Below, piece after piece: positions 40,604 through 57,079 of a stretch of 64,000 nucleotides of DNA (positions are counted from its first letter, which is position 1; the number at the start of each line of letters is the position of its first letter). Source of the stretch: Vermamoeba vermiformis (taxonomy: Eukaryota); NCBI GenBank assembly GCA_045837725.1, contig JBEWZL010000244.1:186001-250000 (forward strand). The letters are read 5' to 3'. The notes below the pieces were generated by a model. That model had not been told where the DNA came from. It was given only the letters and a program-made list of their open reading frames with translations, and did not search any database. The translations under genes were made by a program, and so were the position numbers.

Positions 40604-41435
40604 TTATTGCGTGGAGGTCATGGCGCGGTCACCGTAAATCTCTTTGAGCAAGTCCTCGTAGTAGATGTAGCCCTCACGCTCGATTTTACCCATAGTCATG
40701 TCATTCCACTGCGATATAATATTATTGTCAGTACATTCGCATATTTACGTATTTTAGAAGGCAGATGCGAGATCGTACCTCAGCTTCAGTCATTTTCTCG
40801 CCGTAGTACATCAGAGCCTCGCGCAATTCAGAGGCCTTGCATCGACCAGTATTGTTGTGATCAAACACTTTGAAGGCCATGCGCATTGTCTCTTCTGGGT
40901 CGATCTGCACCGGTGTTAATAGTCGCGTTTAAAATAGACACAAACTAATACTAGATGCGATAGTTATCACACGACGCACCTTTCTCATCTTTCTAGACAT
41001 CATGGACATGAACTCAGCGAATTCAATAGAGCCAGCACCAGTAGTATCAGCCTCTTTGAACATTGCATCAAACTTCTCCGGATTTAAAGTCGGCAAACCT
41101 GGTTTAAAATTAGCTCCACGACGAAATTTTGCTCTAATAAGAAGCACTCTTTTGTATTATATAGTTATTACAGTACTACAGCTCGAATTTCACGTCCAAA
41201 AAAATACGTACCCAACTGTTTCATAATGGTGCGCAGATCAGTAGCAGTGAGCTTCTTGTCCTTGTCAGTGTCGAACAAGTCAAATGCAGCTTTGAAGTCA
41301 GCGACTTGGTTGTCGTTGAGCAGCGCGGAGGTCTCTTCGCGTTGCAAGTTTCTTCTGCGGTTGGACTGCAAGATGCGAATTAAAATCGATCAGTACATGC
41401 ATACATGCGTGCAAATAGCATTAATATATTACCAT
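40604..41435 (-). CDS. mlcR: Myosin II regulatory light chain (Dictyostelium mlcR-like EF-hand protein)
   Basis: RRNLQREETSALLNDNQVADFKAAFDLFD..DAMFKEADTTGAGSIEFAEFMSMMSRKM..AFKVFD..GEKMTEAE closely follows recalled Dictyostelium RLC, including the N-terminal phospho-Ser context; ATG-only first coding exon. Confidence 0.82.
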
Positions 41436-41748
41436 GATGGGTGTGGGTATATGTGTTGGGCCGTGAAATCAAAAATAAATATTTTGTACCGCACTGAGAT
41501 TTTGTTGGGCTGCGAGATTTCAATAAATTTTTATCAACTTTATTCTAAGGTTCGACACTCGCATCGTACGGGCCTGAATAGCTCGGAATGACTAGTTCCT
41601 AAACAATTCTGATGATTGCCCGCTATTTCTGAGCTCCCTAGTCTTGTTTGGGGTCCTCTGACTCAAAGTGACGAAAAATTTTTCTGAAGTTGAAAATAGA
41701 CATTAAATCGACTAAAAGAGTGCACAGCAACACTATTCACTACACATA

Positions 41749-42970
41749 ATGGTGCGTATATTAAATGCAGTATTGTAATATAATGGCAAGCTGATTAATA
41801 CCTCTTTCAGGCACGACGCTATGATGCACGAACAACCATCTTCTCACCCGAAGGTAATTAACGCGATTTAATTTATAATAATTGACATTACGCGTATATT
41901 GACAGTATTTAATATACACGATGGAGTCTGTGGTTGTGGTGCTACAAATTGAAAATAAAATAATTGAAAAATTTTTGACAAATAATAATTAATAACAATG
42001 TTATTGCAGGTCGTTTATATCAAGTTGAATACGCTATGACAGCTATCAGCCATGCTGGTACTGCAGTGGGTATCTTAACACAAGAAGGCATTGTCTTGGC
42101 TGCCGAAAAGAAAGTCACATCTAAATTGTTGGAACGAGGAATTTCTTCTGAAAAAATGTACAGAATTGGTAAGTATACACATCATGCCTATATTTGCGCA
42201 TGATGTCACATGGCAGTGCATCAGGCACAATTGCCGCGTATTTAAGTGTGACTCACGATGACTGATCCACATCCAGACAACCACATTGCCTGTGCAGTGG
42301 CTGGTATTACTGCCGATGCGAATATACTCGTCAACTACGCACGTCAAGCAGCACAGCGCTACACATTCACGTACCAAGAGCCCGATCCAGTGGAGGACTT
42401 GGTGCGCACGGTGTGTGACTTGAAGCAGGGCTACACGCAGTACGGAGGTCTGCGTCCCTACGGTGTGGCATTCATCTACGCGGGCTGGGACCAACAGCAC
42501 GGCTATCAGCTCTATCAGTCCGATCCCTCGGGCAATTACGGTGGGTGGAAGGCCACGGCGATTGGCTCGGGCCATCAAGCTGCGACCTCCATCTTGAAGA
42601 GCGAGTACAAGGTGACTAGCCACTGCTGCATATAGCACTATATATATATATATATATGTAGCTGCATATATTCGCAATAGAGTACTAACGGTGCGCAGGA
42701 CGAACTCTCGCTGCAAGATGCGCTCAAGCTGGCAGTGCGCGTGTTGTCGATGACGATGGACTCGACGGCCCTCACCGCTGACAAGTGTACGTAGTGATAT
42801 ATATATATATATGTGTGTGTATAGTGTGCAGTATACTCACGCGTGCTGCAGTGGAGTTCTCAACACTGGTGCGCAGTCCGCAGGGTCAGATGCAGTGGGG
42901 AATGCTCGGGGCTGCTGAGATCGATGCGCTGGTCAAAGCGACTGATTTGAAGAAGCCTGAAGACATGTAG
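41749..42970 (+). CDS. PSMA4: 20S proteasome subunit alpha-3
   Basis: [76 protein letters not shown]. Confidence 0.96.
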
Positions 42971-43216
42971 TATTGTAGTTGAATATGAATGGCTGTAACA
43001 ACACCTCAGAATTAAGCTCTGTTGTGAGGACCAGATCTCATTGTGACATAAAAACTCGCTTGTTTAATTGTATTTGATCGTTGCGTGCAGTAACTGCGAT
43101 GCTATGAGGACATTATAGTGCATATATATAAGGTGTAGGTGTTGCGCTGATGAGATTCACAGCACGAAATTGAACGCCAATTCTCAACTCGATCTGTCTT
43201 TGGAAAACCACAACTC

Positions 43217-44395
43217 ATGTCTGAATTATTGAAGAAACGCGCTATAGAAGCTATTGGTCACGCACTTGCAGGTAGGGGGACACATCAGTGTAGCATTCGA
43301 TTCATTTGTAAGCTTGTTCTTTGTGGGATCCGAGTAGTAACGAGCTGGCTATTAAATCAAATCGATTAATAATAAGGATTGTAGGATCGTTTGGTGGCAT
43401 GATTAGTGGCACTATCACCTACCCCCTCGCTGCGATATCAACGAGGTAATAAAAATTAAAAATTAATTGCCAGATCTGACGCTGCATCCAGAATGCAAGC
43501 GCAGAGCAAGAGCAGCGATCACAAGCCTTACAATGGCATGCTAGATGCATTGCGCGTCATCATGCGCGATGAGGGTGTGCTCGGCCTATACGCGTAAGTA
43601 CTCATGATGCCTCGATCGCAAGTGCTCAATGCATTGTTAGTGGCTTCAAGAGTGCGATGGTCGGCATCGTCAGTAGCCAGGGCATATACTACTATTGGTA
43701 CGCGCTGTTTGGATTCTTTTTCCAACGCAGATCGAAGCGCGCACTCGGTACACTTGAATCTCTGATCGTGTCCGCTCTGGCAGGCTGCATGACTGCGCTA
43801 TTCACCAATCCTATTTGGGTGGTCAATACACGCATGACTACACAACGGCGCGACCACACTAAGCAGAGCCGTGGTGTGATTGGCACACTGCTGCAGATCT
43901 TGAAAGAAGACGGCGTGATGGCACTGTTCCGCGGCTTAGTGCCCGCCCTCATCTTAGTGGCCAATCCTGTCATTCAATTCGCGCTGTTTGAGCGATTCAA
44001 AGCACTGCTGAGCCATCGCAAGCCCGTGCTGTCAGCGTTTGATTACTTTGTGCTCGGTGCTGTCACCAAACTCGCCGCGACATTCATAGTAAGGGTGCAG
44101 TGCTCGCATCGGACACTCATTAATGTGCTGCTAGACCTATCCCTACATTGTCGTCAAGACGCGCTTGCAAGTGAAGCAGACCACGGAGCAGTATCACAAC
44201 ACGACACACGCGCTGCAACAGATCTGGTCGCGCGAAGGACTGGCAGGCTTCTACAAGGGTCTGAACACCAAGCTCGTGCACTCAGTGCTCACCTCGGCCA
44301 TCATCTTCCTCGCCAAAGAGAAGCTCGTCTATTACACGATGCGTCTCTTGCAGATCTTGCGCTTGCAACAGGCCTCTCAAGCACTGCACCTGTAA
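43217..44395 (+). CDS. SLC25A17: Peroxisomal SLC25 carrier (PMP34/SLC25A17-like)
   Basis: Three carrier repeats: TYPLAAISTRMQ, TNPIWVVNTRM, TYPYIVVKTRLQ; LVANPVIQFALFE; EGLAGFYKGL. Confidence 0.85.
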
Positions 44396-44483
44396 CAATA
44401 AAGCAGTTCTATTTATTACACAGCATTCTATCCACACCGAGCACGCGTGTCCTATGACAATGTATTATAATACAGGAGCAGCA

Positions 44484-48463
<3,980 letters not shown>

Positions 48464-48894
48464 TGGATCCAATTTTTGCTTCTGTTCAAATAATTTAGAA
48501 TTTCAAATTTGAGAAATTTTTGGAATGATAAACGATTGCACTATTTAGTGTCATTATAATCGAGTTAAATAATCAGTAATAATATAAAATTATTATTTGG
48601 TAAATCCAACTGACCTTACGTGGTGGTTCACTAGTTTCTGGGTCCACCTTGAATTGATTGACAAAGAAATATGGGTTTTGTGGTAATTATGAACTACTAG
48701 GACTAATATTGAGATAGCACCTAGTGTCCTGTCACTCAATTCAGTCACAATTCAAAAAAAGCTGTTTGCAAGTCTTTTTTGAGCAGTTTTCTCAGCGGCA
48801 AATAAAATTGATAAACAGATGACGATCGTGACTAAGTTCAATTTGGAACTAACTACTAATACAACTTTATACTATCTAAGCTACAAATAGGAAA

Positions 48895-50547
48895 TTAAAT
48901 TGGTTGCGCGTACTTTGAAAGCAGATCCAAGATGCGCGGATAAATGCGCTGGTTGGCATTAGTACCGAGGAGGGGATCTAAGTGCGCGTAGTTGGGTTCG
49001 ATATGCACTGTTAATGCCACATGTCAGTACGCCACTACACAGCCATTGCACTTTACATACCGAGTGGCGTGCCAGGCAGCTGCGAGATCATCATCTGCAC
49101 GTCGGTAGGATCAGCTGTGGCATCAACAGTCAGTGCACCGAAGCAGAGTGTAGCGCTGAATACTCACCCAAGTAGTCCTGACCTCCTGCAAACAGAGCTA
49201 CTGGCAAGTCACTCGGAAAGTATTGAAATTCCTGTTCAGAGAACGCTGATGAGTGCCCTAGTCACGCTGAATATGCTGCTGCATCGAGTACGTACGTAGG
49301 CTGGGGCAGTGGGCTGATTGTAGTGCTGCAAGTTACCTTGTGTACCGTAGTCAAAGTGCGAGAACGTGCCCTTGCGCACTGATTGAGCCCTGGCGCGGTG
49401 ATGAGTGACATTGCCATATTAGGAAATAACACTCACCAGTGAATCATGTTCTTGACGGAGGTGGGATTGGGCTCGTAGATCAAATAATACGAGAGGCGCG
49501 TGACATTCTGCAGCAGACGGTGAGTCTAAAAATAGCTGCAATCTCCCGAGGGCGAGATACACTTACCAAATAAGTCGTGGGTCCAGAGAGCAGATCGTTG
49601 ACAAAGTTGCACCACTTGGGCAGAGTGCTGCACACCCCCGGCAAGAGCTGATGCAGCACATTGGGCAAGTAGAACTCCTTGACGCCCAGCAGCGTGAACA
49701 AGTCGTCCACTTTCAGCTTGGCCATCGCTTGCAAGATGAGCGACTCCACATTGCCCACGTACGCTACGGGTGCCAGGGCCACGTACAGGTGCAGCTGGTC
49801 CTTGAGTGCGGGCTGTTCAATGAGCGCGGCAAAGGCCTGAATGGTGCCCTCCGAGTGTCCAATGTAGCTCAGCTTGCTCTGATTGGTCGCTGCGAGCACG
49901 TGACTCACTTGCGCGGGCAGATCGTACGAGGCCATGTCACTCCACGTAAAGTCCCAGAACTCGGGGTCATTCGGCGTGTATTGAATGTGGCCCATACTCA
50001 CGCCATTGCCTCTGTTGTTGCCCAGCCACACTTCGTAGCCGTGATCTGCGAGGATGTAGGGCAGTGACTCCGAGGGACTGTTCAGACACGCTCCAACACT
50101 TATTAAAGGGTCAGCATATACTTGACAAGGACTACCACTGGTATCTACCTCGTGTCCGTCAGACCGTGTTGAAATAGCACCACGCCGCGGCGTTGTTTGG
50201 CTCCTTGTAGGCCGTGTGGAATCCGCTAGCGAAATGTCAGTTGAATAAAGGTGCGCGCGTTCATCATGTATTTACCTGCATAGTCAATATATAACCGTCA
50301 CCAGTAGTCACAGTGTGGTCTTCACAGGGCTAATTGAGGCATTAAATCGTTTAATTAAATAGGTGGATTGCAAATTTACATGTTTTAATTGCGTAATTCG
50401 AGCAGAGATATGTATCATTTTAATAAGTATGGATGTCATGATAATACTTACGTAATGCCATTGCTTAACGATGTTACAAGTCTTAGAGGCTTCGTACGAG
50501 CAGATGCAGGCCAGCAACACGAGCACGATACTGCGCTGAAGGTGCAT
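48895..50547 (-). CDS. Lysosomal acid lipase family alpha/beta hydrolase
   Basis: Signal peptide; TTGDGYIL..RIP, FQHGL, LADHGYEVWLGNNRGN, YDLPA, nucleophile GHSEG, YAHLDPLLG. Confidence 0.93.
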
Positions 50548-51037
50548 GATATCGTTGTGACAGGGAGGTGTGGTGAAAATCTGTGGTGCTGCGCGTTGAT
50601 TGTTATCAAAAGTGCTGCTAATTGTGGCTCAACCGTTGCCCCAATTGTGACACTTTGACAGGTCGGCTATAAATACGGGATCTTAAGTCAGTATTGGCAT
50701 CACCAGCCACTACATGAGCGCGGTGTGTGAAATCTGATATGTATACCAGCCCTGCAGGCTCATGATTATGGTCCGTACAGTGTCTCTCGTAACTCCGAGT
50801 GTGTCGCGCCCATCATCGTCTCTTCGGCACGACAGCGTCCAACAGCATCACCGAGCTGTCGTACTGGCGGAGTATTCACGGCTAGATGACAATTCTAGAT
50901 TGCAGGGCAGTTATTCCGTGCAACAAGGGCAGTAAATTTAAAATTTTACGAATTGATTCTAAACAAACACTACCTCACACACATACACACGGCATGTGTA
51001 TTTGCCGCAAACTGTAGTCATAAATATATCATCCATC

Positions 51038-52513
51038 ATGTCGCAGAAAAATATACTGCAGCAGCTACCTCAAGAAATATTATTTATGGTGTTTAGTTAT
51101 TTAGCCGGACCGGATCTTTGCGCTGTCCAATGCGTCAACAAACAGTGGTCTGACGGCAATTATTTGTTGGCGCATTGGCGTAATTTATATTTGCGTTCAT
51201 ATCGCAATTGGTATAAGCTCGATCTGCCGGAAACAACACCGAAAACAGGCAAATTCTGGAAGAATCGCTTCAAACTCACGACGGCCATGCACGCTAATTG
51301 GAAGGGCATACGATGCAAGACAGTGCAGCTGAATGGCTTTCAACAAGAAGTGCGCAACATCAATTTGACACCGGATCTGCTCATTCACAGCACGGGTCCC
51401 GAAATATTGGTGTGGGACATTTATCAGACTCACAAGTACGTGTCTACTAACACCATTGTCCTATTATATTGTTGTTGACTGGTTGACAGGAAAAAATACG
51501 TGTTGAAACTTGGCGCGGATTGGATCAAAACCATTCAACTGGCGCAAGATCTGCTCGTCACCTCATCAGGACCGCGCAACTGGCACGAGATCCACGTGTA
51601 CAAGCTGTCGAGCGGTGAACTGCAGCGCAAGATGACGCTGGAGAGTGACGTGGAGTGCGTGCGCTTCTACGACGAGCGCCAAGTGGTGAGTGCTGCCGCG
51701 CAACTGCTGATGCACGACGTCGAGACTGGCCAGTGCGCACTCACCTTCAGCGATCAGAAGAAGGGCATTGTGAATGCCATGGCCGTCGAGGGCTCGTTGG
51801 TGGTGTGTTCGCACAAGGGCAAGAAGGTGCGCATCTGGGACGTGCGCAGTGGTCGACGCGTGATGACGATGGCCACGGGTCACACGCACCTGCTGCACGA
51901 CATTGGCGTGGTCGAGAAGAACAAGCACTGGACGCTGCCGGACTCGCTCGGAGCTGTGCCGGCCTCACCGCGCAACATTGCTGGCACGCAGGACCGGTGT
52001 CTGGTGGCACCACTCGTGACGGTGAGCAAGGACGAGAGTGTGCGGCTGTTCGACATGCGGCAGTTGAGTGCCAATGCCAAGCCCCTCGCCGTGCTCACGG
52101 GTCACAAGGGCCCTGTGCGCTGTGTGCGCATGGACGCGTGGAAAGCAGTGACAGGTGCCAAGGACGGGAGTGTCATCGTGTGGGACTTGACCGATCCTGA
52201 ACTGCTGCAACAGTCGGCAGTGACACCTGTCAATGCGTCAATCACGGGCCCCAGTCAGCTGTTCAATTGGCTGGCAGCTGGCACCACCAATCCGCGACCA
52301 GTGCTGCGCGTGAAAGAGCCCGTGTACACGCTGGACTTTTGCGACAGCGTCATGTTCACGGGCCACACGCTGTTGACTTTGTTTGACTTTGATCCGCACT
52401 CCTCCGCACTCACGCGATTCACCAACAGACGCCGAGCTACTAATAATAGCACCAGCAGCGAGGATGTGGATTCACTGAACGTCGGTTCTGATCGCAGCTG
52501 TCTCATTGCTTGA
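51038..52513 (+). CDS. F-box/WD40 protein with C-terminal CaaX
   Basis: F-box LPQEILFMVFSYL..DLCAVQCVNKQW; WD repeats VRIWDVRSG, GHKGPVRCV..VTGAKDGSVIVWDL; ends CLIA*; one intron ~51436-51490. Confidence 0.88.
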
Positions 52514-52622
52514 CAGCCTTGTCTAAATTTGTACATAGTTACCTGTGCTATAAATAGCTTTTAATTTGTTTTATTCACAAATGCGAGTATAATACAGGAG
52601 GGCTATGTACAAATAAGGCAAT

Positions 52623-54026
52623 TCAGTTCATGTCAAAGTCATCTGCCGCGAGATTGACACTCACGCAGACCTCTGACTCAGACTCTGACTCGCTCTCGGA
52701 GGTGCTCACACTCAGCAGCGGATCTGAATATTGTTCCGCGATCTAAAGAGAGTCAGTGACTATATTAGGAAGCTGTCTCGTGCACGTACCAGGGCGAGTG
52801 ATTGCGCCAATTTATCGACGTCACGTGGTGTGGGACACAAGAACGCGACAGCCAGACACGCGTCAAGCTCGGTCAATTTGAGTCGCGAGACACCACTGGC
52901 CACAAATGTCGCGTGATGCGTTCTATTTATAGGCGCACCACTGACACGTGTCACGTGGGGGTCGAGTGCCAGCAGCGTCACGTGATCGCCAGTCTCCTCG
53001 CAGCCAATCAGCCAGTACGCGGCACTCGGTCTGCCACCAATCACGCCCAGCGAGTGTTCTATTTTTAGCGTGGCGAGCAGCGGCTGAATGTACAAATGTG
53101 GCAATTGCGACTTGAGGCCCAACAGCAGCGGTGCCATCACCAGCACGGGTGTCCAAGTGCCACCACTCTGTCCTGCACGCTGCACGGCACGTGGATTGAA
53201 CGTGCGATCACGTGACACCACCACCTGCACGGGGGACTGCGGAGATTGCTCCGTGATCACTTTCCTAATTAGTACAAGTCAGTGCGTGCCCCAGGGAGTG
53301 AGCAGCAGTACGCACAGGATGGAGGCCATGCTGTCTGGGCCGATCCACTCGCGCAGTGCCTTGGCGTAGAGCTGATGCGCGCACTGCACGCACTGGTGGA
53401 GGGAGTAGCGACCTGGTGCGCGTTAGTGGGGGTACGTACATATATACGGTGTGTATATAGAGACACTAGTATTGGGCTAGCTACCTGTGGTCCAGTACTC
53501 GCTCGCGCTATTCTCTGCGGGTACATCCGCGAATAAATTGAGTATCTAACTCACATTAGTGCCTATTCTATATGACAGTATCACGACGCACCTTGTCTGC
53601 CAGCTCAATCAGCTCGTTGGGCGTTTGCGCGTTCAATCCATGCCAACTCGGCTGCAAGCAATATATTAAACCGCTGGTATTCGTGTCAATTGCCTTACAT
53701 TATTTTTTAATAGCAGGACATTGAGCGCGTGTGCGAATAACATCTGTCCAGCCCTATACAGAATTAAATATTAATTTTGAGAATTATTGAAAAATAAATT
53801 CAATTTCGCACTGCACGAACCTGTAAGTGCATCCCCAGCCAGCATCAGTGGTAACACTAATTTGCGAGTCTGTAGGTAATGATAACGGCGCAAAGCCACT
53901 TCGATAGGAGAAATAAAACAGCTTGTCAATTTCACTTTGCAGCGCATCTGCTTTAACTTCACGATCAAACAAATAAGTCTTCGTTGCTGTTGAAGACGAG
54001 GTGAAATAACGCAATACGCTTGTCAT
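52623..54026 (-). CDS. ATG4: ATG4 cysteine protease (C54)
   Basis: FSYRSGF..TTDAGWGCTYR/AGQMLFA, WIGP, PLLLG, LGVIGGRPSAAYWLIG, LDPH; acidic tail ADDFDMN*. Confidence 0.9.
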
Positions 54027-55365
54027 ATTTGCATTCACTCTAGCGAATGAATCGTCCGAGAGAAATTCGTTTGGTTTTGTGGCACGTGACTGACGTTTAA
54101 TAGCTGCTTTGAATAGTAAACAGGCTATCCAAGCAGGACTTCTAAACTTGATCTGGGTAAAGAATAACTCATGAAGAATTGGAGACAATGTGCAAAACTG
54201 TCAAGCGTAACACAGGAGACCAGACGTCCTAAAAAGGCAGATTTGGCGTCACCCAGTTTAAACTTGCTGGCTGCTTGCCTACCAAACCTCCAGTCAGACA
54301 TCTAGCCATTCGCGTCTTTGTTCTTTTCGAAAAATTACTAAAAGTGGTCCAACGCTCCACACATCTTATCCAAGCCAGGTAAGGATGTGTAACACCACGG
54401 GCTCCAAGCCATAAACTTCACTGCTGTAGGTAGGTGACCATACAGTTTTTGTAGGTGGGCCTTTGCCAGAACTGAGTGCCCAGCGCAAGTCTGACCTCAG
54501 TGCTAGCGTAGGGGAGTGGAAGCAGAGGACGGCCAATTGGCCTGGGTGGCAAGGGTTTGTCAGGGCAGCCAGTCTGAGCTGGACTGGCACTGTCACTTTT
54601 GCCACAACATTAACCTTTGTAGTAGCAACCAGGGGATTTCCCCCAATCCTAGCTTGGTAAAGAGGATAGCACAAACTCTGCTAAACTGATGTATTCTACA
54701 ATGGTGCCTGGGCCCAGTCCTGGACTCCCTGGGCATCTGCTCGAATTTGTAACTCTTGTCTGCACACAATTATGCAAACTTCAAGTACTTTTGTCCATCC
54801 GTGAAATCTGTTTAATGAAGAGTAATTGGCCAACTTGAGTCAAACTCCGCCTTCAGCATCGCAGTCCAAGCGTACTACTAACTGGGTGGCTGTGGGCTAA
54901 GTGACGGAACTGACAGATTCTGCACTAGTGTCTGAGTGCTCTTTTTCCAGAGAATAGAATTTTATTGGGACAGTTGCAGCAATTTATTGAATATTTCCGC
55001 TTTAACCAGCAACATTGTCTTGGACATCTCTCAGTCAGAAAACCTAATGTCACAGCACCCTCCCCAATGCTAGCCTCAATTTCTTTGCCGAACATTGCCA
55101 TTTTCAGGCTCCAGCATTAGCCCACAGCGAATTTTTTGGTCAAGATGGGGGCCATTCTGCATAGGGTCAGCGGCATTGGAGACATCCACCTCCCCCAAAA
55201 ATTCTTTGTCAGTCCATGGACATTCGTCTGCTGATGTTAGTAATTGACCAACTTATGCCAAACTTTGCCATTAGTACCAGCGGACCCAAGAAGATTACTT
55301 TTGGCTCATGAGGCTTTGGAAGATGGCCAGTCCGGCTTGGCTCGGCTATCCGGAACTGAATACAA

Positions 55366-55455
55366 TATGCGTTGCTTCGGCTAGCCGGAGGCAGGTAGTG
55401 GAAACTTGGCTTGGCAACCATGCAGAAGTCCCAGGTTCAAATCCCAGCCAGCATA
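55366..55455 (+). pseudogene. Degenerate tRNA-like sequence (pseudo-tRNA or SINE head)
   Basis: B-box GGTTCAAATCC in a T-arm context (GTC CCAGG TTCAAAT CCCAG); TATGC/GCATA acceptor-like ends; T-run just downstream; stems broken. Confidence 0.45.
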
Positions 55456-55481
55456 CCGATTTTTATTTATTTGTAGGCTCG

Positions 55482-55547
55482 GTACCTGCTCAAGGTGGAC
55501 TGAAACTGTCAACACACGAGGTCATGGGTTTAAATCCTGTGGGTGCA
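55482..55547 (+). pseudogene. Second degenerate tRNA-like sequence
   Basis: GAGGTC ATGGG TTTAAAT CCTGT GGGTGCA T-arm and acceptor; GTACC/GGTGC pairing; loop-like CTGTCAA (possible GTC anticodon). Confidence 0.4.
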
Positions 55548-55978
55548 TTGTTCTGCAAAGAACTTTTACTCCGGAACTTTGTTCTACTTGTGGCAATACA
55601 CTTAAACTTTGGCGGACGTCCCGTCCGGCAAAAATTGGACGTCTGCCATGGACCGCGGGTCCGCCCATCAACATCAATTCCTGATATCACAATGGGCTAA
55701 GACCAACAAATTGCTGCTGGTGTTGCATCGCTAAAGATGATATTACACTCTACTGGAGAAAGGTGTAGTTAGTCTGGTTCGTAGTTCTTTCTGCAACCTT
55801 TTGTTCAGTATTGACACAAGTAAACTCTAAAGTGGCTGCCACCGAAAAGTGTTTTTCAGCTTTGGCTCTGATTTTGGCTCCATAATCAAGCGCAGAAGGC
55901 AGCATCATTATCAGGTTTCTCTCATTCAACTTGAGTTGGAGTATTTACTGCAACACTACAAATGCTAACATTTACACT

Positions 55979-57079
55979 TTAAACGTTGTTGACACTGCGC
56001 TTGGTCTTGTGCAACAAAGGTTCAACTTCGACTGAGTTGTACTCGTCGCTCTTCTTCTTCAAGTGGTGGTACTTGCGAGCGGTGACGCGAGCTTGCACGA
56101 CAATGCCCAGAATAGATACGACAGCAATACCTGCAATGAATACGAAGGGCAACCAGTTCGCAGCGGTGGGATCGAAGGGGAATTCTTGCGCGCTGAACAT
56201 GTGCGGAATAATTTGTGCAAAGTTGCTTTGTGGCACCCAGAGCGAGGCGACAGCAAGGGCGATCAAATAACTGCCATAAATGGAAGTGGCAACGATGAGC
56301 AGGGGCTTCTGGAAGACGAGGGCGAGCACACCGAAGAGCAGCGAGGAGCCGACGAGCACGAGCCAGTGGACCCAGGCCAAAGTGACCAATGAGGTGCCGA
56401 GCGGTGTGGCCAGCACGATGCCTGCGAGCACACAGCCGAGCATGGCACCGAGGGCAAAGAGTCCCAAGTAGAAGATGCACACGAACATGAGGCCGAGGAT
56501 GATGCCTGACACTGCGGCAATGATCTGCATAGGATTAAGGCTGCGGTTAGTTGATTGTAGCGTGGGGAGACAGATCGGAACACTGACCAACACGAGGAAG
56601 AGTGCCAATTGCGCGTGAGTTTGCAACAACAAATAGGCCGTGGCAGCACCAGCAATAGCACCAATCACGAAGAGGGTAATCTGAAACACGGCCGTCAGAT
56701 CTGATCGAAATAATAATAGTCTCATGTTAACAACTTACGCGGAAAATACGATAGCCAAATACGACAAATACTAGCCCGAATACGATAAATGCAATACCCC
56801 ATGCCAAATTGAAGTACTCTTGTTGCTCTGGAGTCAAATCTAATTTACGAAAATTAGAAATAACATTGCGGGTTAATTGTAAATTAGACAAGCACAGCGC
56901 CGATGCTCATATATAATTATGATCTACCACTAGCACTACGTACCACCATCGTAAGTAGGGGTGTATTGAGTGCCGTTATTTTCTTCCAAATCCCACTCGT
57001 AGATCAAGCGCACTTCTTGTGCACGACAGAGGGCAGCACAGAGCACGGTGAACAACAATACAACAGCCTTAGTGTTCAT
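55979..57079 (-). CDS. TMEM198/TM7SF3-like (DUF4203) multi-pass membrane protein
   Basis: Signal peptide MNTKAVVLLFTVLCAALCRA; GLVFVVFGYRIFR/ITLFVIG; LGLFALGAMLG; LLIVATSIYGSYL; ~7 TM helices. Confidence 0.8.

Larger units (their letters stand above)
54190..55960. other. Gene-free, CpG-depleted island (possible decayed repeat or foreign element)
   Basis: No recognisable CDS; about 10 CpG in 54361-54960 at roughly 50% GC by hand count; internal inverted repeats and tRNA-like relics. Confidence 0.45.

Noticed and set aside
41609-41661. TGATGA..CTGA..CTGA C/D-like pattern
   Set aside because: Only ~53 nt, no terminal stem, no convincing target, and inside a divergent promoter.
42638-42820. (TA)n/(TG)n tracts in PSMA4 introns (also 63564-63716)
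   Set aside because: Ordinary short intronic microsatellites.
54366-55700. ORFs in the island as transposase or viral genes
   Set aside because: No DDE, RT, HUH or capsid motif is recognisable in any listed frame.
55423-55702. RNase MRP/P-like P4 halves (AGAAGTCCCA ... AATGGGCTAA)
   Set aside because: The match is short and imperfect; the 5' half is better explained as the variable loop and T-arm of a tRNA relic.
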